A stretch of 64,000 nt of DNA from Eledone cirrhosa (GCA_964016885.1 OZ024752.1:17484001-17548000), one strand, 5' to 3'. Shown: positions 38,620 through 55,404, counted from the stretch's first letter. The notes: generated by a model not told the origin, from the letters alone. Numbers and translations: made by a program.

Positions 38620-39402
38620 ATATACATGCATATATGTATGTATGCATGTATATATATATATGTATGCATGCAAGTATATATGCATGTATGTATATATGTA
38701 TGCATGTATATATATGTATGCATGCATGTATATATGTATGCATGTATATATATATATGTATGCATGTATATATGTATGCATGTATATATATATATGTATG
38801 CATGCATGTATATATGTATGCATGCATATATATATATGTATGCATGTATGTATGTATGCATGTATATATGTATGCATGTATGTATGTATGTATGCATGTA
38901 TATATATATATGTATGCATGCATGTATATATGTATGCATGTATATATGTATGCATGTATATATATATGTATGTATGTATATATATATATGTATGCATGCA
39001 TGTATATATGTATGCATGTATATATGTATGCATGTATATATATATATGTATGTATGCATGTATATATATATGTATATATATATATGTATGCATGTATGTA
39101 TGTATGCATGTATATATATGTATGCATGTATGTATGCATGTATATATATGTATGCATGCATGTATATATGTATGCTTGTATATATATATATGTATGCATG
39201 CATGTATATATGTATGCATGTATATATGTATGCATGTATATATATATGTATGAATGCATGTATATATGTATGCATATATATATGTATGCATGGATGTATA
39301 TATGTATGCATGTATATGTATATATGCATGCATGTATATATGTATGCATGTATGTATGCAGGTATATATATATGTATGCATGCATGTATATATGTATGCA
39401 TG

Positions 39403-39434
<32 letters not shown>

Positions 39435-39442
39435 CATGCATG

Positions 39443-39474
<32 letters not shown>

Positions 39475-40281
39475 CATGCATGTATATATGTATGCATGTA
39501 TATATGTATGCATTCATATATATATATGGATGTATGCATGCATGTATATATGTAGGCATGTATATATATATATAGGTATGCATGCATGTATATATGTATG
39601 CATATATATATATGTATGCATGTATATATGTATATGTATGCATGCATGTATATATGTATGCATGTATATATATATATATGTATGCATGCATGTATATATG
39701 TATGCATGTATGTATATATATGTATGCATGCATGTATATATGTATGCATGTATATATATATGTATGCATGCATATATGTATGTACGCATGTATATATATA
39801 TGTATGCATGCATGTATGTATGTATGCATGCATATATATATATGTATGCATGCATGTATATATGTATGCATGTATATATATATATATATATTTATGTATG
39901 AATGCATGTATATATGTATGCATGTATATATGTATGCATGTATATATGTATATGTATGCATGCATGTATATATGTATGCATGTATATATATATATATGTA
40001 TGCATGCATGTATATATGTATGCATGTATGTATATATATGTATGCATGCATGTATATATGTATGCATGTATATATATATATGTATGCATGCATATATGTA
40101 TGTACGCATGTATATATATATATATGTATGCATGCATGTATGTATGTATGCATGCATATATATATGTATGCATGCATGTATATATGTATGCATGTATATA
40201 TATATATATATATGTATGCTTGCATGTATATATGTATGCATGTATATATGTATATGTATGCATGCAAGTATATATGTATGC

Positions 40282-40341
<60 letters not shown>

Positions 40342-40830
40342 GCATATATATACCTATGCATGCATGTATATATGTATGCATGTATGTATATGTATGTATG
40401 CATGTATGTATATATATATATGTATGCATGCATAAATGTATGTATGCATGTATATATATATATATTTTTGCATGCATGTATGTATGTATGCATGTATATA
40501 AGTATGCATGTATGTATATATATGTATGCATGCATATATGTATGTATATATATATATATGTATGCATGCATGTATGTATGTATGCATGTATATATATATA
40601 TATATATGTATGCTTGCATGTATGTATGTATGCATGTATATATATATATGTATGCATGTTTGTATATATGTATGCATGTATATATGTATGCATGTATATT
40701 TATATATATGTCTGCATGCATGTATATATGTATGCATGTGTATATGTATGCATGTATATATGTATGCATGTATATATGTATATGTATGCATGCAGGTATA
40801 TATGTATGCATGTGTATATATAAGCATGTA
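38620..40830. repeat. ~2.2-kb complex satellite of TATGCATG(CATG)(TA)n units
   Basis: Directly visible; mostly alternating purine-pyrimidine. Confidence 0.95.
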
Positions 40831-40899
40831 TGTCTGTCTGTATGTGTCCGAGTAAACACACACTTAAGCCAAGCACTTTTATTCTATTCCATCTTGCTG

Positions 40900-42150
40900 A
40901 GTTCCTTCTCACAATAAACTGATTTCCATATTTTGGAGAGTTCTACCGCCAGCTCCCTAGCATAGTCATGGGAATCAGAATGGGCCTCAAATATGCCAAT
41001 TTATTAGTTGATTATAATTGTTTCTACTTTTGGCACAAGGCCAGCAATTACCCAGTGCATTACTGGTACTTTATTTTATCGACCCCGTAAGGAATAAAGG
41101 CAAAGTTAACCTCAGCGGGATTTGAACTCAGAATGGCAAGGGCCGTAACTCTATGCGTTAAAACATGGCGTACGACCCTCTTCCGATACTGCCACTCCAC
41201 CGCCAATAAGTTGATTATAATGAGGCCAAAATCCCCTCCCAATACTCTAGACCTTAGAGCTATATGATGTTTTTATTGACGATTACATCGGCACCACTTC
41301 TCCCCCTCGTGAATAGCTCGGTTCTTTCTTTTCTTTCGTCCGATCCTACAATCACACTCCTAATTATACACTCTCTATCTGCGGCACTTCCATCTACTTT
41401 CTGTATACCTCTCTATCACTTTCTCCTGACCCCACCCACACCAAATAGTCTATACACTACTCCCAAATCCTCCGTCTCCGCCGGCTCTGTCGTTAAGACC
41501 ATGATTTTCAAACTCTGTCTCAACACATTTCCTCTCACTTCACCCGTCACTGTGAAGTTGGCCACGTTTCAGCCATTTCATCCTCTAACCTTTCTACTCC
41601 GCCCTCACCCTTCTCTCTACATCAACACGTAAGCCGCGTATCATTCAATGCTTCTGAAGTCTCGTCTCTGATCCTGCCATTTCACGTTTCTCTTTCAACC
41701 CATCCATCTCCACTTTTAAGCGCGTACGTAATCAATTTCCGTGACCTTGTCTTTAGTCCATCTCCTCACCTGACACACAAACTGGCCCTCTCCCGGCTCC
41801 CGCTCAAGCTGCCATACATATCCAAGCTTTGCTAAATTTATCACTCTCACCCGTCCGAACCATCATGCCTTCCACAACCATTACTCTTTCATCCACATCA
41901 TCTATACTCTTCGGCGGTGTTTATCTACATCAGATTAACAAGCATCTGTTTGACGGACCGACTAGCAGAGCTCCTGTGGGACATACAAATTGGCAACATC
42001 AGCCCCGTCACACGTGATCCACCGATCATTCTACTCAACACCTATCTAGTCCTGGGATCATTCCACTCAACGGATCGCCAACATTCGCTTCAGGGCCGAG
42101 CAAGATTTGATATTTTGCCTTGGAACCACCATTCCAACCGGTCTTAACTC
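40900..42150 (+). mobile_element. Highly degenerate PLE (RT motifs and GIY-YIG) interrupted by a SINE
   Basis: GIRMGLKYANLLVDY (cf. GTAMG..YANLF), FIDDYIGT, IYIRLTSICLTDRLAEL (cf. YIGET.R.L.DR..EH). Confidence 0.65.
41019..41204 (-). mobile_element. SINE, full length
   Basis: Complete consensus; TSD AGTTGATTATAAT at 41006-41018 and 41209-41221. Confidence 0.92.
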
Positions 42151-42154
42151 TCCA

Positions 42155-42251
<97 letters not shown>

Positions 42252-42822
42252 TCTGACCGTCAGATACATGTACCCAGCTCCTATACACAAACCAACTCCA
42301 CAAATATACAGACACACCACACACAAACTCGAATACTAAATCACACAACATCCAGCATATATTGCACACCTTTGTACGCACATAACACTCACATCCCTCA
42401 TCATACACGTAGATATCCGCAACCACTGGATTCAGCCGTCCCACAACATACAAGACTTACCTTTCTATGCACACAAACACATATATACTCCGTCATCATG
42501 CATGCATAGAAATCTTTCATTGACCACCCCATACCCACACGACTCCGTCTCTGTATAAACCAATTAGTGAATTGAATGGATTAAGAATACATTTCCGAAA
42601 CGAGATCCATCCATTGTCCATGATAAACTATATGGAAGAGGATTAACAAGATCTAACAGGATGCAACAGGATGCAACAAGACCAACACATCAGTTGTTGG
42701 CACCAGATTATCATAAAGACCAGCTTCACTGTATTGTTTCAAAATGTTCTAAACATTTTGATCAGCTGAAATTTTAGTGGGCTGCTTCTTTGAACATAAA
42801 CATCGTAAAGGTAGTTTTGGAT

Positions 42823-42961
<139 letters not shown>

Positions 42962-43077
42962 TTAATAAAAGGAATTCAAACTTTGTCTGATTTACTCGTT
43001 TTATTTACAATCCTTTAAAATTTATAATTGTATTATAATGAAATAGTATGATAGAATATTAAATGTTAAGTGTTAAT

Positions 43078-43116
43078 TGAACAAGTACTTTCATGCTTTC
43101 GCAATCTTCAGGTTCA
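43078..43116 (-). ncRNA. Minimal type I hammerhead ribozyme
   Basis: TGAAC-CTGAAGA-T-TGC gaaa GCA-T-GAAA-GTAC-TT-GTTCA; palindromic stem III AGTACT; GNRA loop II. Confidence 0.75.
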
Positions 43117-43126
43117 TAATATGTGG

Positions 43127-43179
43127 TGACAGTCAAGTTTGCAATTTTCAACTGTTGAAAATTGCAAACTTGACTGTCA
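43127..43179. repeat. Perfect 26-bp-arm hairpin with single-T centre, inside foldback 42962-43222
   Basis: TGACAGTCAAGTTTGCAATTTTCAAC-T-GTTGAAAATTGCAAACTTGACTGTCA. Confidence 0.95.
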
Positions 43180-43266
43180 TAAAACGAGTAAATCAGACAA
43201 AGTTGGAATTCCTCTTATTAATATAATCTTCTATACACAATCATACACACCCGTGTATATTTATCT

Positions 43267-43357
<91 letters not shown>

Positions 43358-43399
43358 TATATATATATATATATATGTATATATGTGTGTATAGTAATA

Positions 43400-43580
43400 A
43401 TAATTGTTTCTACTATTGGCACAAGGCCAGCAATTATCCAGTACATTACTGGTACTTTATTTTATCGACCCCGTAAGGATGAAAGGCAAAGTTAACCTCG
43501 GCTGGATTTGAACTCAGAATGGCAAGGGCCGTAACTCTATGATTCAAAGCATGGCGTCCGACCCTCTACCGATACTGCCA
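43400..43580 (-). mobile_element. SINE
   Basis: Reverse complement of the 5642 family. Confidence 0.9.
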
Positions 43581-43971
43581 TGAGGACTAAAACCCAAAGA
43601 GGGCTCGATAAGGATAAATATATATCAAATATATAAGAACCCTAGAGCAAATATTTATTAAAATAACAGATTAAAGTTTAAGCAAAGAATCGCTTAACGG
43701 GATCTGAAATTAAAAAAAATCAATCTGTGAACGAAGAAGTAAATATTTCGAAAAACGTTGCAACCGAAGGAAAACAGGAAGATGATACTTTGGTTCGTGA
43801 AGACGTTTCCCTGGCAATGAACGAAAAAAAGCGAAGATAATACGTCATTATGTGGTGCGAAGAGAACAATTACACGCAAAGACAAAACCACGTTTATGGT
43901 ATAAATGAAGTCGTAGACTAATATTCTATTTAGAAAACCGAATGATTCTCGGCTTGAGAGTTAAGAATAAT

Positions 43972-44158
43972 TGTTTCTGCTTTTGGCACTAGGCCAGCAA
44001 TTATCCCAGTGTATTACTGGTACTTTATTTTATTGACCCCGTAAGGATGAAAGGCAAAGTTAACCTCGGCGGATTTGAACTCAGATCATAAAGGTCCGTA
44101 ACTCTCTGCTGCAAAGCATGACGTCCGACCCTCTACCGATACTGCCAATCCACCATCC
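43972..44158 (-). mobile_element. SINE, full length
   Basis: TSD GTTAAGAATAAT at 43960-43971 and 44161-44172. Confidence 0.92.
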
Positions 44159-45655
44159 TGGTTAAGAATAATGTAAATAAATTAGTAGAACGAAAATGAC
44201 AGAGGTTATTAAAATCATAAAAGTAATAATAATTAAATATATACATACACGCATCTATATACGTACATACACGTACATACGCGAAAACACCCGCCATGCA
44301 TGCATATACATGCACTTACACATAAACACGCGCACACATACATAAACCCGCGCGACACCTGTACCCGCAGACATACGAACGTATACACCAATAACACATA
44401 AAAAAATATATATGTGTGTGTGTATAAATATAATTATATGAAGGTATATAAATATAAACACATAAATACGTATATAACGCACGCACATATACCGACAGGT
44501 AAATACACATATATTCACCAAACGTACGTCAACCAAAACACTATGTACACATACGTGCAAACACGCATACACGCATACACACACAAACACAAAATACACA
44601 TATACACATAACCATATACATATACCAGTATATATAATATAATATTTACACCTATAACAAATATGCATATATACGTACGAGAAAGTATACGTACATCCAC
44701 AAAACATACGGGTAAGGTATACTTACCTATACAAATAAGTAATGGTATAAACATAAAATATACTTAGCTACCACATCAAGACGTAAATTATCCGCGTATT
44801 GTTCGTACTATTCGTTAGGGTATAAAGTGGGGCTGTAATACAGGAAAGACACACATACATATATGTATTATGAATGATGTATTAGTTCTAATACTGACAC
44901 ACAGTTCATGATTTGCCTTTGTTTTTACGAATGTGTGTTTTACGAGTTTGGAATCCTATTGTCTTGTCCACTAGATGTTTACTGTAGGCTTTCCTTGCTT
45001 AGTCTATTATTTACATTTATTTCGATTTCTGTGTTTGACACTATTACTTGCTTTATTATTATATATAGCGAAAGAGACATAAAGAGAGAAAGCATTATAT
45101 TTGATATGAAGCATATATGCCCCCCCCCCCATCCCACGGTATTCGCAAGTATCACGTTCCCAGAGCCTGCACAAAAAGTAAAAAAAAAAACGTGAATATT
45201 GGACGTGGTCCATAAAAATGCCTATAAACGTTAAAATATAACGTGAAATATAATAAAAAGAAGAGGGAGCGTCTTATGCGAAGGGGCGTCCAATATGCCG
45301 GCAAATACGGTATATTGCTATTAATAATTTAGCGTTAAAAAATATATATATTGCCATGAAAAAAGCCATAAAAAAATCCAGGTCTCTATGAAAATAGGGT
45401 TGAGGGAGCTGAGGGTATTACGTGGCTGTGAGGGGGGAGGGGGGAGGCAAAAAGTTAGAAAATTTCTGGTCTAGAATTTTGCAAAAGGTTCTGTGATGAC
45501 ACAGAAATCAATCTTATCTTAAACGCTCTGTCGTCATTCCTCTTCCATATTTGGTTAAACAGAAGTTACTGCTCTTCTAACTCATGTTGGGCTAAACACA
45601 ACTACCAATATATATATGACATATATAAATATATACATAGCTGGATTTAGAATTA

Positions 45656-46203
45656 CCGTATATGCTGGCGTACAAGTCAACATTTAGAGCCTAAAAATAT
45701 CTCTTCAAAACCAGAGGTCGACTTGTCCACCGAATATAAAATGTGCACCTTTACTACTGAGGGGTAAACAGTGAAACTGCCTGCCTAACACTCGCTGTTC
45801 ACCACTTGCCATAACTCTAGCAGCCCTCCATAATTATTTCCTTCTGAATCTCATATTTGTTAAGTCTATTTAACATAGATATTATAATAATATCCATGAC
45901 TTGCCGTAACTCATAGGGTAGGTTACCATAGGGTAGGTTACCATAGTTTCGTTAAGGTTAGGCTAGGCTGGTTTACTCAGTGAGTTAGAACTCATTTGTG
46001 ACTGAAGTGTCTTAGAAGTGTCTTAGCCTTTCGCGCACCTTTAAATTTTTTGAATTATTTCTCCTGCAAGTGTCTTATTTTTTTTTGGGGGGGGGGGGGG
46101 GGGGGGTCGTCTTATCCAGCGAATATAGGCCGAATCCAGAATTACGGCTCAAAATTACACCTCAGAATATGCGCCAGATCGACTTGTACGCCGGCATATA
46201 CGG
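45656..46203. mobile_element. Non-autonomous Tc1/mariner-pogo-type DNA transposon (CCGTA termini)
   Basis: TIRs CCGTATATGCTGGCGTACAAGTC / GACTTGTACGCCGGCATATACGG, TA on the left; a related solitary end at 45270-45312. Confidence 0.8.
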
Positions 46204-46372
46204 TGTATACATCTGTCCACAGCAACACAGGTACCAACATGGGAACAAGTATAAGAATGAACACACACACAAACATAAAACCCACTATAAGTACTTTACT
46301 ATCTGACATACATATACAATGTGTAAGTAATTCATACATGACCATTATACGTTGAAGAATGTGTGTGTGCGA

Positions 46373-46425
<53 letters not shown>

Positions 46426-46494
46426 CCACTCACAACTATGCGGGTTTAGCTGACCTCCTCTAAGTTATATCTCGTTGGTGGTATCTTGGGTAAT

Positions 46495-46655
46495 TTTAAT
46501 GATAAGGACCCCAGTCCTATCATCTCATTTCTACAGCTGAGTAAACGTGAAATAAAGTGTCTTGCTCAAGGAAACAACACATCACCCGGTCTGAGAATTG
46601 AACTCACAACCTTTCGATTGCAAGCCTAATACTCTAACCACTAAGTTTTGCGCCT
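46495..46655 (-). mobile_element. Second tRNA-derived SINE family
   Basis: Minus strand: GGCGCAAAACTTAGTGGTTAGAGT...GGTTGTGAGTTCAATTCTCAGACCGG...GTTGTTTCCTTGAGCAAGACACTTTATTTCAC. Confidence 0.8.
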
Positions 46656-46657
46656 TC

Positions 46658-47790
<1,133 letters not shown>

Positions 47791-47799
47791 TCTATAGTA

Positions 47800-49970
47800 A
47801 AATATTTAACAAACACACCATCAAATTTTCGTATTCTACATCCTCCAATATTTCCAACATCATCTCTAAACACAACAACAAAATATTAAATACTAAATCT
47901 CTTCCTTCCAATATTGAATTTCATAATAACAGTAATAGTACTCCCGACGTCATTGTAAACCCTAGGCTAACTTCTGTAAACCCAAATGCAACGTCAAACA
48001 CAACTTCGCTAAATGTTCATAATCCAACTCTAAATCAAGAAACTATTATTCCTATTATTCCTATCGCAAACAACTTCTCCAATCCAATTCCTTCTATAGA
48101 TAACACTAGATCACTCATTAATAATCTCTCTAATTGCAACTGCCGCATTAAAAATAAATGTCCTCTCAACAACCATTGCCTCGATAAAAACTTAATTTAT
48201 GAATGTAAAATTATAACTAGCACCAATTCCTTCACCTATTTTGGCTCCACTTCCACCTCTTTTAAAGCTCGTCTCTATAATCATCATTCATCTTTCAAAT
48301 ACAAACTTAAAAGAACTAACACTGCTCTCTCAGAACTCATATGGTCCTTAAAAGACAAAAACATTAAATATAACATCTTTTGGAAAAAGATTTCTTCTGC
48401 TTCCTCATACTTGAACAGCTCTCTATCTAAAATCTGTAATCTCTGCCTAAATGAAAAATTTACCATTATCTCTAACCTAGAATCCATAATAAATAGACGC
48501 TCAGATTTGTTTTCTATCTGCCTGCATAAATTCCATAGAACTTTTCACAAAGTATACAGTTAATATTCAATTCTTTATCAATTTAGAATCTTTTCTCAAA
48601 GGCACATATACATACACCTCTTTAAAATATACCCATCTACCTTACTTTAAAGGGCATTATACACTCTATAATACTCGTTTACTCATTACCCTCATTCTAT
48701 CTTCTCGTAAAACAATAACATTTGTTTTTTGACATTTTGAATATTCATCCGCAATCATTATTATTTTTTCTCTCTATCATAAATCTTTTTAATCTCAATT
48801 TCATCCTTAATTTATTATTATTTTTTTAAATATATACTCATATATTCTTTAAAATATACCCATCTACCTTACTTTAAAGGGCATTATACACTCTATAATA
48901 CTCGTTTACTCATTACCCTCATTCTATCTTCTCGTAAAACAATAACATTTGTTTTTGACATTTTGAATATTCATCCGCAATCATTATTATTTTTTCTCTC
49001 TATCATAAATCTTTTTAATCTCAATTTCATCCTTAATTTATTATTATTTTTTTCTCCCCATCAACGAACTCATTATTAATACATATGAATTCAATATACA
49101 AACTTTAACTTCACATTATTTTTCTCAAATCCTTCTACACATAAACCTTAACATTTTTCTCTTTGCTAATTTTGAAATTGCCACAATACATACATTTCTT
49201 CTTTTGACGTTAGAATATTCACCCACAATTATTATTATTATTTATTTTTTTTTTTTTCTTTTTTTTTTTTCTCTCTATCTTCATACATAATTTCCTTTCG
49301 TTAATTTTCAAATTCCTTTAATTTATACATTATCTTCCAACGGTTCCCAACCTCTCTATATTAAAACATTATATCTTTTTCTCAGTTATAAAAACTATCT
49401 CTTTCTCTCTATCACCCATCTCTCCCTTTCCACCTTCACTCTCATCTCCTCCCCCTTTTTTTCATCCTTTCCACCCCCCCTCCCTAAATAAAATATTTTT
49501 TCCTCGCACATATCCTCCCTTCGTTAATTTTCAAAATTTTTAATTTATACAGTATCTTCCAACGGTTTTCAACCCCTCTATATAAAATATATCTCCTCTC
49601 AGTTATAAAAACTATCTCTTTCTCTCTATCACCCATCTCTCCCTCTCATCTCCTTCCCTTTTCATCCCCCCCCCTCTCTAAATAATATCACACATCAATC
49701 TAAAACCACTTTTCATATGTTGATTTAAAACTGCACTATCAACAAGTGTTTTTTTAGCCTTCATATCATGTTCTCCTGTTTTATCTGATGAAAACACAAA
49801 TATTATTGTTTGATGATGTTTGTTTTTGAAATGCGCATAATAAAATATATGGAACTCCTTTAACCATCTTTTGATCTTATATTATGCATACTCCAGTCCC
49901 ACAAACTGTAGAGTGCTTCTTATCCGATATCTGCATTGCTTTATTGTACTACAATAAAACTCACCTCCTA
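47800..49970 (+). mobile_element. PLE 3' end: linker, GIY-YIG (open frame 48132-48563, missed by the ORF track), long 3' UTR with internal tandem duplications, terminal HHR
   Basis: [25 protein letters not shown]...[21 protein letters not shown]...CNLCLNEK...[13 protein letters not shown]; ~228-bp duplication at 48619/48847. Confidence 0.9.
49777..49847 (+). ncRNA. Type I hammerhead ribozyme in the PLE pLTR
   Basis: TGTTTTAT-CTGATGA-AAACACAAATATTATTG tt TGATGATGTTTGTTTTT-GAAA-TGCGCA-TA-ATAAAATA. Confidence 0.78.
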
Positions 49971-49981
49971 CATATATATAC

Positions 49982-50076
<95 letters not shown>

Positions 50077-50131
50077 TATTCATATATATATATATATATA
50101 CACATATATATACATATATATATATATACAC

Positions 50132-50164
<33 letters not shown>

Positions 50165-50398
50165 CATATATATACATATATAGTATTAAGTATTAAGGGT
50201 ACTATTTATGGTTATGTATGCAATAAAACCTTTGATGGTAATATATTATATATACACAAACCCTAAATAGTGAGAGATAGTCTTTAATTACTATCCTATT
50301 ACCAGTAAGTTAAATAGCTCAATGTAGTAACATCAGTTGTTATACAGAGCAGTTATATAGAGATTACAGTAATCAAAGTTCAGTTTAAGTCATTTATT

Positions 50399-50445
50399 TG
50401 CTTACAATTGTTTCCTCCAAACCGAGGTTTGGATTCTTCGGAGCA
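50399..50445 (-). ncRNA. HHR candidate with CCGAAGA core
   Basis: TGCT-CCGAAGA-A-TCCAAACC tc GGTTTGGA-G-GAAA-CAATTG-TA-AGCA; lies downstream of, and sense to, the 52000-52902 PLE. Confidence 0.68.
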
Positions 50446-51999
50446 GTTATTTATAACATACTTGACCTCCTTTTCAACCCAAGAGACACATAAAACATAT
50501 GCGCATATTGATCAACAGTGGGGTGACATTCATCAAATGAAATAGCATGGCAATTTACATATGAAGTGTTACATGATAAAAATAAAGTGTTACATGATAA
50601 AAATAAAATAAAATAAAAGCAAGAGTGAAAATAAAGATAAACATGAAGCGTTGGCAGTCTATGAAGATAAAGCAAGAGGAAAGCTTAGAGTAGTCAGTGC
50701 ATGAAGCAATCTCCCGTGTAGCATGCACGCTTGTCTTATCTATACGTGATTAGAGTGCGTCAGAATGATATTTGCAGGGTCAGGCAGATGAAGCAGGCAA
50801 TCGATCTTATAATATAGGCTGAATTATTAAGTCATTTATTCTCATACATCTGTATGATATACAGTCTCGGATGCGGGGAAACACCAAAATATCAAAAACC
50901 TTCAACATACTATAAACCTTATTGTATCGTAGGCAAGGTCGTACCACTGTCCTTGCTCACACCACCACTCACATAATCCATGAGACGCAATATATATATA
51001 TAGAGAACATGCGTCTATCGTATAATTCTCAGTGGTTCAGCATATAGTCAAGCTATAAACGGTATCCAGTCGGTTCTTAATTAATATATCATGCTGTTCA
51101 AATTCCGGAAGTGCCTGAATGATTAAGGGGAACTAATGCGTAAGGGGAGGTAACTAGCTAGTTATTTTAGTTACATTACTATGCTAAACTACATTAATGG
51201 TGATTCAAATACGTGCCTATCATGTGAAGTTATAACTAATATCTAGAGTATGGTACCCATTTATAAGTTAGAGAGTTGTTCATTAAGAATTACAAGGGTG
51301 TATACACTAGGATGATTGCCAACCAATAATTAAGGGGTGTCATATCTGAACGTTCTATAAGAGGAGTCGGACTCTCAAGTCACTGCTCAATGCAAATGTA
51401 ATACAACAGTAGGACCTGGTATGGTCCCACTATTATATATGTCACCCGGTAGGCTCCGGGTCATTGCTTGCCTGCATCTCCAGTAAATCTTCGGTATGGT
51501 CCGGAGATCCGATCTCTCATATAAACGCACTAGTCTCGCCATCAGGTAATAGATAACCCCCATCTCAAATATAAATCAATTATGTATCACATCTCCAAGC
51601 TAGAGTGGAGTCTATTAATAGGTATTAAAGGAGTCCCCATCAAGATGATTACGTGCATAATTCAATGGACTGATCGCTTACAGTATATACTCACTTAACA
51701 ATACGATTATCTATCTAATCATCAATCTATCTCTTGGTGGTAATCCATGCACAGGACTATGCTATCACAACCAGTACCGTGTCCCCAGTTTATACTAATC
51801 TTATATTTGTGCAATGCAGAATAAGTATAAGTATTCCACGGTCGGTATATCGGTATTAGAGGTACAAGGGGGTATTCCCAGGGTAGGTGGCACTCAAATG
51901 CTGTCAGTATTATCTTTAGAGTATAGAGATGGGTGTGGATGTGAGGTGTAAGGTGTGCTACTGATGTTAATTGCTAGGGGTGGTGCCGGTTCCAGTCTG

Positions 52000-52902
52000 A
52001 CATTATTATATATAGGGTTTAAAGTTTTGGAACGAGTGTCGGAAGCGGTGTTGGCAATTTGCGAACACTTCTGATTTTTTATTAAGGAGATTACGTTTAG
52101 AGAAGATGATAGTATGGGTCTCTAGTAGACAGAGGTTACAAAATTTATCAGGTGGTTTGTACGATGTTGCACCACCTACCACTTCTCATTTAAGTGTATA
52201 TATTTTATTTTTAGTTTTTAGATAGTGTATGTAGCTAGATAGTGAAGTGGAGTTGGCTAGACTGTGTTTTTTGAAAGAGTGGAGGTGCGAATTGTATCTA
52301 GTTTTGAAGCAGTTAGAAGTGGAGCCTATGTAGGTTTCAGAAGAGCTGTTAGTTGTGACTGTACATGAGTATATGATATCCTTGGTTAAGCATTTTTTAT
52401 CTAAAGGGCAGGTTCTACTTGATCTACAGTTACAATTACTCTGGGTGCTAGTCTGCCGGTTACTATGCTGTGTAGAAGTTTGGAGGTTAGCTATCGGGTT
52501 ATGGTTATGCGGGTTGTGGTACGCAGCGTTAATGTTTACACTAGTGCTATTACTACTATTTCCATTGATATTACGGTTATTTGTTATAATGTTACTTTGA
52601 CTGTCATTATGAATGTTATTTTGAAGGTTTATCGACCGTTGTGATTTAGTTTGTTGGAAGTAAGAATTAATTTTTCTTTTATTAGTACTAGCTATGTGGT
52701 ATGCTAAGTTAGGCGTAGTAGAGTATGAGATCTTAATAGTGTTTTTGTTTAAAAGGCCGTGGTACCTGTGGCCGGATGGGAAGTGTTTATCTAGTAGTGA
52801 GAAGAAAGCCCTAGGTAGGTTGGTAGAGACGTTTAAATTGAAAGGAGGGTTGAAAAATGTATTATTTCTTCTTCTATTTCTGTTTTTTATGTCTGGTGAC
52901 AT
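52000..52902 (-). mobile_element. PLE linker plus GIY-YIG relic
   Basis: TFFNPPFN, LDKHFP..HRYH.LLNKNTIKISYS, CNCRSSRTCPLDKKCL, IIYSC...TYIGST..FKTRYNSH. Confidence 0.92.
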
Positions 52903-52939
52903 AAAAACTAGCTTATCTTTATAATTTAAAAACTAGCTT

Positions 52940-53530
52940 ATCTTTATAATTTAAAATTGATATACACTACGATACTTTGTACATGCCAACGCTTCATTTT
53001 GCCTTATGACAGCTAGTTTTAGACGCCGTAACATTAGATACATTATATACCCCCCACCTAAGTAATGTCAGGGTCTCCTTAAATAATTTATTGATAGCAT
53101 TGTTGTAATTGTTGTTATTGTTCTAATTGAATGCCATTACTACTTCATATAGTAGCCTGTATTTTCTTTTCTTTTCTTGCCTGTGTATTTTCTTCATTCT
53201 CGCATGCTCCGAAGATCTGACTGGTTATAATTCTGTATTGGCGATCGAGTAACGCAAAATTAAGCGAATAGCGATCTCTAGACATACCAGTTCAGTGAAA
53301 CAAATGTAAGCTATGTGATTAAAAACTTTTTTGTATAGCAAACCATGTAAACCTTCTTTCCTGATTTATTATTATTCCAAGTGTTTACAACATAGGAATT
53401 ACGGCATACCCGCAGCATCACTATGAAAACGCCTTGTTGAGTCAAACCAAGCCAAGCGTTAATATCATCCACTACCTGGAATACCATAACTGGACTTCAC
53501 CTAAGTGGACTGCATTTAACTATTATTTGT
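52940..53530 (+). mobile_element. Non-coding repeat with an extended-stem-II HHR at 53206-53311; homologs at 60550-61330 (minus, SINE-split) and 63835-64000 (minus)
   Basis: GCT-CCGAAGA-TCTGACTGGT[~60 nt]ACCAGTTCAGT-GAAA-CAAATG-TA-AGC. Confidence 0.72.
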
Positions 53531-53555
53531 TAATCCGTATATATATATATATATA

Positions 53556-54475
<920 letters not shown>

Positions 54476-54488
54476 TATATATATATAA

Positions 54489-55300
54489 TGGGATTCTTTC
54501 TCACGTCGTGTAGACGCGTTCTTGAGACTAGTAAAATGAGGTATCCTCTTGATAAGTCGGCAGACCTCGCAAGGACTCTATATCTTTATGATGTATTGTT
54601 TTTGTTTATGCCACGAAACTACGTAGTCGAGGAATCTAGGAGCAGTTTAGGTATGATACATTTTATTACTAATTATATCTAAATGTTTCTTCTCTCTTCA
54701 TAATGTATTTTAACTCTGATACTGGTTCAGTCTAGTTCAACCGGATTGGTCTGTCCCAGTCATTCATTGAGCAACATCGGTGAAGTTGGCACCCTTAACT
54801 CACGGTTGGGTGCGGATGCATTCATGTATATGTGTGTGTCCGCATGTATCTGTGTGTTTCTAAATATATTGTTAATAACTCCCTCTGGTCGAGCAATCTT
54901 TGAGGTGTGGGGACTGCTGGAAAGCTTCCATTACTCATACTTCTCGCCTCCTTCACCACCTCTTCTACGGCTTCGATATAAATACCCCCTCCGCCTCCGT
55001 GGTATTTTCTTCGGGGTTATAAGAGGCTTAGCTCTGTTTCTCGACCGTTATATCGCGTGACTATCTCCCCCTCCGCCTTTTGGGATTCTTTCTCACGTCG
55101 TGTAGACGCGTTCTTGAGACTAGTAAAATGAGGTATCCTCTTGATAAGTCGGCAGACCTCGCAAGGACTCTATATCTTTATGATGTATTGTTTTTGTTTA
55201 TGCCACGAAACTACGTAGTCGAGGAATCTAGGAGCAGTTTAGGTATGATACATTTTATTACTAATTATATCTAAATGTTTCTTCTCTCTTCATAATGTAT
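54489..55300 (+). repeat. 592-bp tandem repeat (1.4 units), one HHR per unit (54544-54633, 55136-55225)
   Basis: TGGGATTCTTTCTCACG at 54489 and 55081; HHR TCCTC-TTGATAA-GTCGGCA..TGCCAC-GAAA-CTACGTAG-TC-GAGGA. Confidence 0.9.
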
Positions 55301-55315
55301 ATATAATGTATATAT

Positions 55316-55391
<76 letters not shown>

Positions 55392-55404
55392 ATATTATTA
55401 TATT

